Positions 36,215-44,467 of a stretch of 64,000 nucleotides of DNA are shown here, one piece after another. The notes beneath the pieces are model-generated. The model was given only the letters and a program-made list of their open reading frames with translations. It searched no databases and was not told where the DNA came from. The position numbers and the translations under genes are program-made. Source of the DNA: a virus. The DNA is taken from positions 3,939-67,938 of IMG/VR virus record IMGVR_UViG_3300032093_009077; one strand, written 5' to 3'. The stretch's first letter is position 1. The number at the start of each line of letters is the position of its first letter.

Positions 36215-38706
36215 AATTTAAAGATTTTTTATTTGAGCAGAGAGAAAAACACGCTGTTATGGCATTTGGTCGCCTTAATCCACCAACTCTCGGACACGAA
36301 AAACTAGTCAATAAAGTCAAAAGTATCGCACAAAAGGTTGGCGGTACTGCACATATCGTAGTTTCGCACTCTCAAGATTCTGAGAAAAATCCACTCTCCG
36401 CAGCACAAAAATTAAAACATGCTAAACGTGCATTTCCTGGTGTCCATGTTATGGCATCAGACAAAGAGGCACCAAATTTTTTAGCACAGGCCGCCAAGTT
36501 ACACAAAGCAGGTGTGACTCATTTTCATATGGTTGGTGGCCAAGATCGTGTAGAAGAATTTCATAATCTTCTACACAAATATAATGGTGTAAAAGGACCA
36601 CATGGTCGTTTTAATTTTAAAAAGATAGAAGTACACTCAGCAGGTGATAGAGATCCTGATTCTGAAGGTGTAGAAGGTATGTCAGCAAGTAAGATGAGAG
36701 AACACGCAAAAACAAATAATTTTGCTCACTTTAAAAAAGGTGTGCCATCAACAATGTCACATGAACATGCATTTGAAATGTTCAAAGATGTTCGTAAAGG
36801 TATGGGATTGAAAGAAGATGTGAACACCGATTTTGAAGAATTACTTAATGAAGGTGTGCATGACAAATCAATCTTCAAAGCAGTTTTCTTGGCAGGTGGT
36901 CCTGGTTCTGGTAAAGATTATGTTTTGGATAATACATTACAAGGACATGGTCTTGTTGAAATTAATTCTGATAAGGCATTAGAGTTTTTAATGGACAAAC
37001 ATGGTCTTGATAAAACAATGCCTGCAACCGAGAAACATCGCCGTGATTTAGTTCGTGGTAAAGCCAAGAATATGACTGAGTTGCGTCAACGCCTTGCATT
37101 AATGGGTCGTAATGGTCTTATCATTAATGGTACAGGTGATGATGCAGAAAAGATTGGAACAATTAAAAAGAAGTTAGAAGAATTAGGTTACGAGTCATCA
37201 ATGGTAATGGTGAATACTGCTGATGATGTGTCGATGCAAAGAAACATTGAACGTGGCCAAAGAGGTGGTCGTACAGTACCAGAAGAAATAAGAAAACAAA
37301 AATGGGATGCATCACAAAATGCAAGACCAAAGTATGCAGAAATGTTTAAAGATAACTATCATGAGTTTGACAATTCACAAGATTTGCGTACTGCACCACC
37401 AGAAGTTGTAAAAGCAAAAACAGAAGAATTAACACAAATTTATAAAAACATTCAAAAGTTTACAAATAAACCAGCGAAGAATGATACATCTAAAAATTGG
37501 ATTGCTTCTGAATTACAGAGAAAAGATCTGATGAAAGTAAACAAAGAAGTTGAAGTAAAAGAACCACATTCATCATCTAAGGCTGCAGAAGATGCCAAGA
37601 AAAGAGGTTTACAATATTATGGTTTTGGTAGATATGGAACGAATGGTAAAGTTACATTCCGTTCTGTGCATGATAGATTAGTTGAAGTACCGAAAGAACC
37701 TATGAAAAAACCTGTCAACGAAGAATTTGAAGAATTGATTGCAGAAGATTTACGCAAGTGGTTTAGTAAAACAGATCCAGAAGGTGGTTGGAAAAGAATT
37801 AACAGTAAAGGTGAAGCAATTGGTCCTTGTGCAAGAGAACCAGGTGAACCAAAACCAAAATGTATGTCAAATGAGAAGCGTGCTAAATTAAGTAAAAAAG
37901 AAAGAGCATCAGCAGTTGCAGCTAAACGCCGCCATGATCCTGTTGCTGATCGATCTGGTAAAGGTGGAAAACCTGTAAACGTTTCTAATTTTGGTAAAGG
38001 TAAATTATCTGAATCATATGAATTATCCGATAGAGATTCATTAAATGTATTATTGTTAGGCACTTCAATTGATGAAGTTGATCTTAATAATTTTGAAGAA
38101 CAAAAGAAACCAAAATATCTTACGGATAAAAATGGTAAAGTAAGAACATTTATGCTTCGAGCAGCTGCTGCAAGAGAAGCACATACACAGAATGGTATTG
38201 TAATGCCATATAAAAATGGTTATGTAATTAAATTAAACGAGGAGAATGAAGATGTTAAACTTTCTGAAGAATCTATTTTCAACACCACAACCAGAAGTTC
38301 TGGACTCATTAGCGAAAACACCAAGCCAGAGAAAAGAAGAATCATCGGCGGCACCACAGCCTACGGTTTCGCAAAAAAGCACGCCTACGCCGGAGAAGAA
38401 ACCAGCAGTGATGAAGAATCCTCCGGCCAAATCAAAAAAATCACCCTCGCCGAAATCTGGAAAAGGAAAAAAGAAGTAAAAGAATCAATTGACAAAGGCA
38501 TCGAACCAGGTATTTCTATGGCAGCTGCCGGCGAATCAATTGGTCGAGATATGGGTGAAAAGAACCGTAAAAAAGATGGTAAAGTTACGGTTACAAATGA
38601 AATGACTGGTGATGAAACTGGTGCATCGATTGGTGCTCAGAAAGAAGATGAATTAAAGAAAAAAGGAATTAACCTTTCAACATTTAAAACAAAGAACCCA
38701 ATATGA
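36211..38706 (+). CDS. Multidomain protein: HxGH-type cytidylyltransferase-like domain, zeta-toxin-like P-loop kinase and further small modules
   Basis: FGRLNPPTLGH and SASKMR; AGGPGSGK with INSD and IINGTG; DLRKWF...PKC module. Confidence 0.8.
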   Translation: MKFKDFLFEQREKHAVMAFGRLNPPTLGHEKLVNKVKSIAQKVGGTAHIVVSHSQDSEKNPLSAAQKLKHAKRAFPGVHVMASDKEAPNFLAQAAKLHKAGVTHFHMVGGQDRVEEFHNLLHKYNGVKGPHGRFNFKKIEVHSAGDRDPDSEGVEGMSASKMREHAKTNNFAHFKKGVPSTMSHEHAFEMFKDVRKGMGLKEDVNTDFEELLNEGVHDKSIFKAVFLAGGPGSGKDYVLDNTLQGHGLVEINSDKALEFLMDKHGLDKTMPATEKHRRDLVRGKAKNMTELRQRLALMGRNGLIINGTGDDAEKIGTIKKKLEELGYESSMVMVNTADDVSMQRNIERGQRGGRTVPEEIRKQKWDASQNARPKYAEMFKDNYHEFDNSQDLRTAPPEVVKAKTEELTQIYKNIQKFTNKPAKNDTSKNWIASELQRKDLMKVNKEVEVKEPHSSSKAAEDAKKRGLQYYGFGRYGTNGKVTFRSVHDRLVEVPKEPMKKPVNEEFEELIAEDLRKWFSKTDPEGGWKRINSKGEAIGPCAREPGEPKPKCMSNEKRAKLSKKERASAVAAKRRHDPVADRSGKGGKPVNVSNFGKGKLSESYELSDRDSLNVLLLGTSIDEVDLNNFEEQKKPKYLTDKNGKVRTFMLRAAAAREAHTQNGIVMPYKNGYVIKLNEENEDVKLSEESIFNTTTRSSGLISENTKPEKRRIIGGTTAYGFAKKHAYAGEETSSDEESSGQIKKITLAEIWKRKKEVKESIDKGIEPGISMAAAGESIGRDMGEKNRKKDGKVTVTNEMTGDETGASIGAQKEDELKKKGINLSTFKTKNPI
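38252..38479 (+). CDS. Candidate overprinted small Pro/Lys-rich protein
   Basis: GAGGAG SD 7 nt before ATG; MLNFLKNLF amphipathic start; alternative frame inside 36211..38706. Confidence 0.5.
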   Translation: MLNFLKNLFSTPQPEVLDSLAKTPSQRKEESSAAPQPTVSQKSTPTPEKKPAVMKNPPAKSKKSPSPKSGKGKKK

Positions 38707-39092
38707 AAAGACTAAAAGATTTTATTGCAGAACGTTGCTGGCCAGGATACAAACCTGCTCCAGGAAAAACTGCATACTCAAAAGGTTCTTGCGTAAAAGA
38801 AGAAGAACAAATCGATGAAGTGGCCGCATGGCAACGCAAAGAAGGTAAAAATCCTGAAGGTGGTTTGAATCGTAAAGGTATTGAATCATATCGCCGTGAA
38901 AATCCAGGTTCAAAACTTTCAATGGCAGTCACAACAAAACCAAGCAAATTGAAACCTGGTTCAAAAGCCGCTAATCGCCGTAAATCATTCTGTGCAAGAA
39001 TGGGTGGAATGAAGAAGCGTTTAACATCTGCTAAAACCGCAAATGATCCCGATTCACGCATCAATAAAGCACTAAGAAAGTGGAACTGTTAA
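38703..39092 (+). CDS. DUF6321-like basic protein with capsid-targeting-like leader
   Basis: MKRLKDFIAE; CWPGYK module; AAWQRKEGKNPEGGLN...RRKSFCARM...WNC. Confidence 0.75.
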   Translation: MKRLKDFIAERCWPGYKPAPGKTAYSKGSCVKEEEQIDEVAAWQRKEGKNPEGGLNRKGIESYRRENPGSKLSMAVTTKPSKLKPGSKAANRRKSFCARMGGMKKRLTSAKTANDPDSRINKALRKWNC

Positions 39093-39098
39093 TATATT

Positions 39099-40514
39099 AT
39101 GACACAATTTACGACACAAACAAATCAGTTTTTAAACACCAATAGGCACATCTATGAGGTCATGTATTTGGCCAATGGTGCCAATGGTGATATTGTGTCG
39201 ACCGGAAATAGATTGCCAGTTGATGCTGCATTTTCTGGCACTGCTGGTGATGCTTTTGGCCGTTTGCGTGTTGCAGAACCATTTACACTTGGTGACTACA
39301 AACATCTTTACGCAATTGACCCAAACTTTATAGATTTTACTGCAAATGGCGGTTCAGTTGTGTTTACAGGAAATACTGCTTCTGCTACACTATCAACAAA
39401 CAATAGCACATCATCTGTATCGGTACACCAAAGTAAATTTTATCATAGTTATCAACCAGGCAAATCACAAGTTATTCTTTCTTCTGTTGTGTTTGGGTAC
39501 GCACAACAAAATGTGACAAAGAGAACTGGATACTTTGATGACCGTGATGGAATTTATTTTGAGCAAGTTGGTTCAAACACATCAACCGGCACAGATAACG
39601 GAACATTAAATTTTGTAATTCGTTCTTTTGTTACTGGTACTCCATTAGAAACAGATATTGGTTCTTATAAGCGTAGAGTGCCACAATCACAATGGAATGT
39701 TGACCGCTGTGATGGCACAGGAGCATCAGGTTTCAATATCGATACTTCAAAAACACAATTAATTTATATTGACTTTCAATGGTTAGGTGTTGGTCGTGTT
39801 CGTGTTGGTTTTGTTCACGATGGTGCGTTTATTATAGCACATGAATACTATCACTCAAATGTATTGGATGAAGTTTATATTTCAAATCCAAATTTACCAG
39901 TTCGTTGTGAAATAAGAAATACAGGAACAACTTCTGGCGGTTCTATGGATCAAATATGTGCTACTGTTATTGCAGAGGGTGGTTACAATGAATCTGGACT
40001 TGATTGGTCGGTTGTTGGTGATGCAAGAACAACAGCTACACCATCTGCGACAGAATTGCCACTTATTGCATTGAGATTAAAAAATACATTTCAAACTTAC
40101 CCTAATAGATTAAGTGTAAAATTGGAAACTCTTTCACTATATGCGGAAACAAATAGTATTATTTTTAAGATTATAAAATTACCAAATCAAGGACATTTGG
40201 CAAATAGCACAGGTGCGTTAGTGTGGACTTCAGCAGATTCGGATAGTGGTTGTGAATATTGCGTTAATGCTAATACATATGATTCAGCTAACGGAGATAT
40301 GTTATTGTCTGGATTTGTTCCGTCAGGGTCATCACAAAATTCCTTGTCACCAGTAAGCACCGGAGGAATTTCTACCGCAAAGAAAAATATTATTACACAA
40401 AATTTTGATTCAACAAATTCAGAAGTATATGTAGTAGTGGTCAGAACAATTACAACAGCCGGTAATCAATCTGCAACCGTAGCAGCTGCATTACAATGGC
40501 GAGAAATTTATTAA
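39099..40514 (+). CDS. Putative virion structural protein
   Basis: DAFGRLRV, YQPGKS, QWLGVGRVRVGF; Thr/Ser/Asn-rich beta protein. Confidence 0.65.
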   Translation: MTQFTTQTNQFLNTNRHIYEVMYLANGANGDIVSTGNRLPVDAAFSGTAGDAFGRLRVAEPFTLGDYKHLYAIDPNFIDFTANGGSVVFTGNTASATLSTNNSTSSVSVHQSKFYHSYQPGKSQVILSSVVFGYAQQNVTKRTGYFDDRDGIYFEQVGSNTSTGTDNGTLNFVIRSFVTGTPLETDIGSYKRRVPQSQWNVDRCDGTGASGFNIDTSKTQLIYIDFQWLGVGRVRVGFVHDGAFIIAHEYYHSNVLDEVYISNPNLPVRCEIRNTGTTSGGSMDQICATVIAEGGYNESGLDWSVVGDARTTATPSATELPLIALRLKNTFQTYPNRLSVKLETLSLYAETNSIIFKIIKLPNQGHLANSTGALVWTSADSDSGCEYCVNANTYDSANGDMLLSGFVPSGSSQNSLSPVSTGGISTAKKNIITQNFDSTNSEVYVVVVRTITTAGNQSATVAAALQWREIY

Positions 40515-40531
40515 AACTCAGGAGAAAAACC

Positions 40532-41305
40532 ATGCAATTTGACAACCAAAAAACAAGAAATGTCGCAGATGTAGTTGCCAAGATTTTGGCTGGTGAATCT
40601 GCAAAGCAGGAACCAAAGATGTTGGAAGAAGAATTAAAAGGTCAACAACATAAGATTGATGCCAATAAAAATAACAAGATTGATGCTCACGACTTCAAAC
40701 TGCTTCGTGCTAAAAAAGAAGTGAAGAAAGAAGAAGTAGAGCAGATTGATGAAGTATTTGAAAAAGATGATCCTGTAGGCACCAAAAAGAAAACAACTAT
40801 GGGAACAGCAACAAAAACTGCAACAGGTATGAAACACGAAAGAACACCCGAGAAAGATCTTGAAGCAGGCGTCACAGATTGGGATAAAGAAGAAAGATTA
40901 GCAAAAAGACATTTGAGTCCTAAACCTGCTAAGAAAAAATATGGTGCTCGTCAAAATTATATTCGTTCTACCCGTGTAAATGAATCTTTTACAGGATTAC
41001 TTTCACAGTATCAAGAAGGCGGATTAAAGAATCTTTTTGAATCACTTAAAAAAGAAGAAGAAGTTTTAAATGAAGAAGTAAAAGAAGAAACTGTAGAAGT
41101 TGAAGTCACCGATTTAAATGCAACAAATGGTGTTGCCATCGAAACCATTGAAGAGCGTACACTTACAGAGCCAGAAACTGCAAAGAAAGAAGAAATTGTT
41201 AAGTCGATGAAAAAGAAAATGTCTGGCTTTAAACAGCGTTATGGTGAGGACGCTAAATCAGTAATGTATGCCACCGCCACCAAAATGGCCAAGAAAGGTG
41301 CCTGA
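40532..41305 (+). CDS. Charged modular protein, probable internal head protein
   Basis: AGGAG SD; KIDANKNNKIDAHDF, EEVEQIDE, VMYATATKMA modules. Confidence 0.7.
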   Translation: MQFDNQKTRNVADVVAKILAGESAKQEPKMLEEELKGQQHKIDANKNNKIDAHDFKLLRAKKEVKKEEVEQIDEVFEKDDPVGTKKKTTMGTATKTATGMKHERTPEKDLEAGVTDWDKEERLAKRHLSPKPAKKKYGARQNYIRSTRVNESFTGLLSQYQEGGLKNLFESLKKEEEVLNEEVKEETVEVEVTDLNATNGVAIETIEERTLTEPETAKKEEIVKSMKKKMSGFKQRYGEDAKSVMYATATKMAKKGA

Positions 41306-41306
41306 A

Positions 41307-42287
41307 ATGAAAAAACCGTCTGAAGTTTTCAGCAGTATTCGTTACGCTAAAGGTAAATCAAAAGATAAACCTCATACATCAACAGACAATGAGGAACATT
41401 ATACCGTTGGCGAAAAAGAATACGATCAACAAGTAAAACATGTCAAAAAAATGGCGATGCAGGAACAAAGTGATACCATGGAAAAAGTTGAAATGGTAAA
41501 ATCACAATTGCATTTCATCAAATATGCTTGCGAAGAAATTCTTGAATATATTGATATGGGCGGTGAAGTTGAAGAATGGTATCAAGTTAAAGTTGCCAAA
41601 TCTTTTAGTGAGTTTGAAAGTCTCCATGCATTTATGGAAGGCGAATCTCGCCGTAAAGGTATGAAAGAAGAAGTGGAACAGTTAGATGAATTATCACCAT
41701 CTACAGTTTCTTCTTATAAAACTCAAGCACAAAAAAGTATTCAACAATTAAAACCACATGCCGAAAAAGGTGAGTATCGTGATATTGCTAAAAATATCAT
41801 GCAACGCCGTCAAAAAGGCCTTGCTGCAGCCATGAAGCGTGAAGAAGTAGAACAGTTAGATGAAAAGAATGTTCCTACGAACCCATCTTTATGGTCGAGA
41901 GCAAAAGCGTTAGCACGATCAAAGTTTGATGTGTATCCATCAGCATATGCAAATGGTTGGGCATCAAAATGGTATAAAGGAAAAGGTGGTGGTTGGAAAT
42001 CTGTAAGTGAATCTGTAGAAAATCCTCCATTCGAAGGTGGTACAAAATCAAAAGAAAAAGTAGTACCCGGCAAACATGGTAAAGGATATTCGACTGCTCG
42101 CCATCTTGCTCGTATGGCCATGAAAAAACAAGTCGAAAAGATGAAAAAGGCACCTATGAAAGAAGAAACTCGTAAGGCTGCTATTGTAAAAGACATTATG
42201 AAGAAGAAAACTGAACCCGATGATAAGTTTCAAGCAAATCCAACACTTACTTCACAGGTTCAAAAGGTCGATAACGCAGTAACATAA
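41307..42287 (+). CDS. Charged modular protein with DUF5872-like module, probable internal head protein
   Basis: Two EEVEQLDE linkers; YPSAYANGW...GGGW module. Confidence 0.7.
   Translation: MKKPSEVFSSIRYAKGKSKDKPHTSTDNEEHYTVGEKEYDQQVKHVKKMAMQEQSDTMEKVEMVKSQLHFIKYACEEILEYIDMGGEVEEWYQVKVAKSFSEFESLHAFMEGESRRKGMKEEVEQLDELSPSTVSSYKTQAQKSIQQLKPHAEKGEYRDIAKNIMQRRQKGLAAAMKREEVEQLDEKNVPTNPSLWSRAKALARSKFDVYPSAYANGWASKWYKGKGGGWKSVSESVENPPFEGGTKSKEKVVPGKHGKGYSTARHLARMAMKKQVEKMKKAPMKEETRKAAIVKDIMKKKTEPDDKFQANPTLTSQVQKVDNAVT
41667..41864 (+). repeat. Direct 24-nt repeats encoding EEVEQLDE (related copies at 40730-40753 and 38799-38819)
   Basis: GAAGAAGTGGAACAGTTAGATGAA (41667) vs GAAGAAGTAGAACAGTTAGATGAA (41841): one mismatch. 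Confidence 0.85.
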
Positions 42288-42315
42288 ATACCAAATAAAT
42301 TTTTAGGAGAAAGAA

Positions 42316-42654
42316 ATGCCTTTATTTTCTGCAACTGATGCCAATACTGGCGCACCAAAATTTGCCGTTGCTGGCGGACTCGGTGTGTCTGCTAATGGTT
42401 ATACACTCTATGCAAATACTACTACTGGTGCGTATGTACCAGGCGCCGCTATCGGTGTTTTTGGTGTAGATACTACAGAGATTGCTCTTGCTGCAAACAA
42501 AGCAAACAAACCAGCTCATACTGGTTGGGTTTTACGCACAGCAGGAACAGGTGGTCGTGAAGGTCGTGTGCAAACGGAAGTCATTGTTGCTGGCGGTATG
42601 AGTGGAGACATTCAAACAACAGCTAATGATAATATCGTTTACGCTAACACCTAA
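42316..42654 (+). CDS. Small virion protein
   Basis: CATAAATA late-like box at 42283 and AGGAG SD; HTGWV...GGR.GRVQTEVIVA. Confidence 0.7.
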   Translation: MPLFSATDANTGAPKFAVAGGLGVSANGYTLYANTTTGAYVPGAAIGVFGVDTTEIALAANKANKPAHTGWVLRTAGTGGREGRVQTEVIVAGGMSGDIQTTANDNIVYANT

Positions 42655-43064
42655 TGATTCACTTTAAAGAATTTCTGAATATAGATCCAGGTCAAGCAGA
42701 AGAAGCGCACGAGCCTTCTCAACGTGCATCTTCTTCTGTTTTAAACCCTCATATTCAGAGTGAAATAAACAGTTTGTTATACAGGGAACTAAATGAGTTT
42801 CCTGTACCAAACGCACAGGCTGGCATACAAAAGATTCGCAAAACATTACATCGTTTTGGTCTTGATATGCCTGCTCTATATGATTTAGATCCTGAAGGTG
42901 ATGAAATTACTTTTGATTTAAATCAGTATGACAACCCTGATGTAATGATTTACCTTTATGTTTTATATGCTATTACCGATGACGGTTATTATGATTTCTA
43001 TGCACAGGTAGGTGATGAAGAAACAATTGATAATCTAGTATCGGAGGAAGATAACGAAGAATAA
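42654..43064 (+). CDS. Acidic hypothetical protein
   Basis: TAATG coupling; MIHFKEFL leader. Confidence 0.65.
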   Translation: MIHFKEFLNIDPGQAEEAHEPSQRASSSVLNPHIQSEINSLLYRELNEFPVPNAQAGIQKIRKTLHRFGLDMPALYDLDPEGDEITFDLNQYDNPDVMIYLYVLYAITDDGYYDFYAQVGDEETIDNLVSEEDNEE

Positions 43065-43456
43065 TGTCTTTTGATAACTTGACGAATGATAATATTATGA
43101 TGTATGCAATTAAATCGTATGATAGTCCTAATTGTGTAATGAGTGAATTTACTGAGGATATGAAACGATTTAATTATATCAAAAGACTTTTTCGGCGTTA
43201 TACAAAATACGGTGAATTAAGAGAACGTTTGATTCTTAATCATCTGATAGTTTTATATAATGTTTTTGGTGTTGAACCAACCACACGCATGTTATTTTTT
43301 AAGATTAGTAAAAGTGATTGGTCTGCATTAAAAACTTATTTGTTGTTTTTAAGTTATATGCCAATTACGGTAAGAGGCATTAAAGGACAAAATATACAAT
43401 CATCTGATATTGCTGTTGATATGACAATTGCAGATGTACTAAGAGACATAAAATGA
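43064..43456 (+). CDS. Conserved T4-like phage hypothetical protein
   Basis: EF.ED.KRF.YIKRL, ERLILNHLIVLYNVFG. Confidence 0.75.
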   Translation: MSFDNLTNDNIMMYAIKSYDSPNCVMSEFTEDMKRFNYIKRLFRRYTKYGELRERLILNHLIVLYNVFGVEPTTRMLFFKISKSDWSALKTYLLFLSYMPITVRGIKGQNIQSSDIAVDMTIADVLRDIK

Positions 43457-43692
43457 CCTGGTCAGACAAATATAAAAGAAGTATCGACTGTAATAATCCA
43501 AAAGGATTTTCACAGAGAGCTCATTGTCAAGGTAGAAAAAAGAGATTGAAAGAAGAAATGCCTGTCAACAATGTAAGTGGTGGTAATATTGCTGGCCTTG
43601 GTGTTGGATCTCAAGGCGAACCAGGTATTAAGAAAAGAAAGACTGCTTCGTTTATTGCTTATATGAGAAGAAAGAATGTTTCAAGCAATTAA
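43453..43692 (+). CDS. Small two-module protein
   Basis: WSDKYKRSIDCNNPKGFSQRAHC module, LKEE, P.NNV..GNIAG module. Confidence 0.7.
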   Translation: MTWSDKYKRSIDCNNPKGFSQRAHCQGRKKRLKEEMPVNNVSGGNIAGLGVGSQGEPGIKKRKTASFIAYMRRKNVSSN

Positions 43693-44146
43693 ACTTGTCA
43701 TTGTTTTGATTATCATTGCTGGTTTGGCCGCAGGTGGTTGGTATGTTACAAATCTAAAGGCAGACTTAGCGGTATCTGAAATGAACAATCAGAAGTTACA
43801 AGATGGTATACAAAAACAACAAGAATTATTAGAACAACAACAAAAAGATATTACACAAATACAAGAAACAAATAAAGAACTGGCACAACAAAACGAAAAG
43901 AATAAAAAAGATGTAGATTCTCTTTCAAAGAAATTTTCTAAAAGAGATATTGGTGAAAGAGCAATAGAGAATCCAGAATTAGTAGAAAAGTTAGTAAATC
44001 GTGGTACAGTAAATGCCTTGCGTTGTATTGAATTGGCATCAGGTGCACCACTTAACGAAAAAGAAAAAGCAGCTAAAACCCCTGTAGAGGCAAACCGTGA
44101 ATGTCCGTCCCTTATTGATCGCAACTATACTGCTCCCTCTCATTAG
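43676..44146 (+). CDS. Inner-membrane spanin (Rz-like)
   Basis: N-terminal TM helix then coiled coil; overlaps a lipoprotein gene. Confidence 0.65.
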   Translation: MFQAIKLVIVLIIIAGLAAGGWYVTNLKADLAVSEMNNQKLQDGIQKQQELLEQQQKDITQIQETNKELAQQNEKNKKDVDSLSKKFSKRDIGERAIENPELVEKLVNRGTVNALRCIELASGAPLNEKEKAAKTPVEANRECPSLIDRNYTAPSH

Positions 44147-44465
44147 TGGTTGTTCTATACTTGGTTGGAAGTCTGTAGAGCCAATTGAGATAAAAACAAA
44201 AGCTGTAGAGAGAACAAGGTTAAACTTGTCCGACCCAGCACCAATTCAGGCAAGAGAATTACAATGGGTTATTATTACAAAAGATAATGCTCAAGAAGTT
44301 TTTAAACGATTAGAAGAAAAAGGTGTTGATATAGTTCTGTTTGGATTGACCGATGAAGGTTATGAACAGTTAGCATTGACGATGGCAGAATTAAGAAACT
44401 ATATTGCACAACAGAAAACAATCATCATTAAATATAAAGATTACTACGAGCCTAAGGAAAAATAA
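44097..44465 (+). CDS. Outer-membrane spanin lipoprotein (Rz1-like)
   Basis: Lipobox ISGC after hydrophobic signal; 50-nt overlap with the preceding gene. Confidence 0.65.
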   Translation: MNVRPLLIATILLPLISGCSILGWKSVEPIEIKTKAVERTRLNLSDPAPIQARELQWVIITKDNAQEVFKRLEEKGVDIVLFGLTDEGYEQLALTMAELRNYIAQQKTIIIKYKDYYEPKEK

Positions 44466-44467
44466 AA

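Noticed and set aside
37617-38063. Minus-strand ORFs of 100-150 aa (also 41810..42196, 38684..39064, 7023..7364) and plus-strand 58933..59352
   Set aside because: Antisense shadows of well-supported genes, with no SD or promoter and no recognisable motifs
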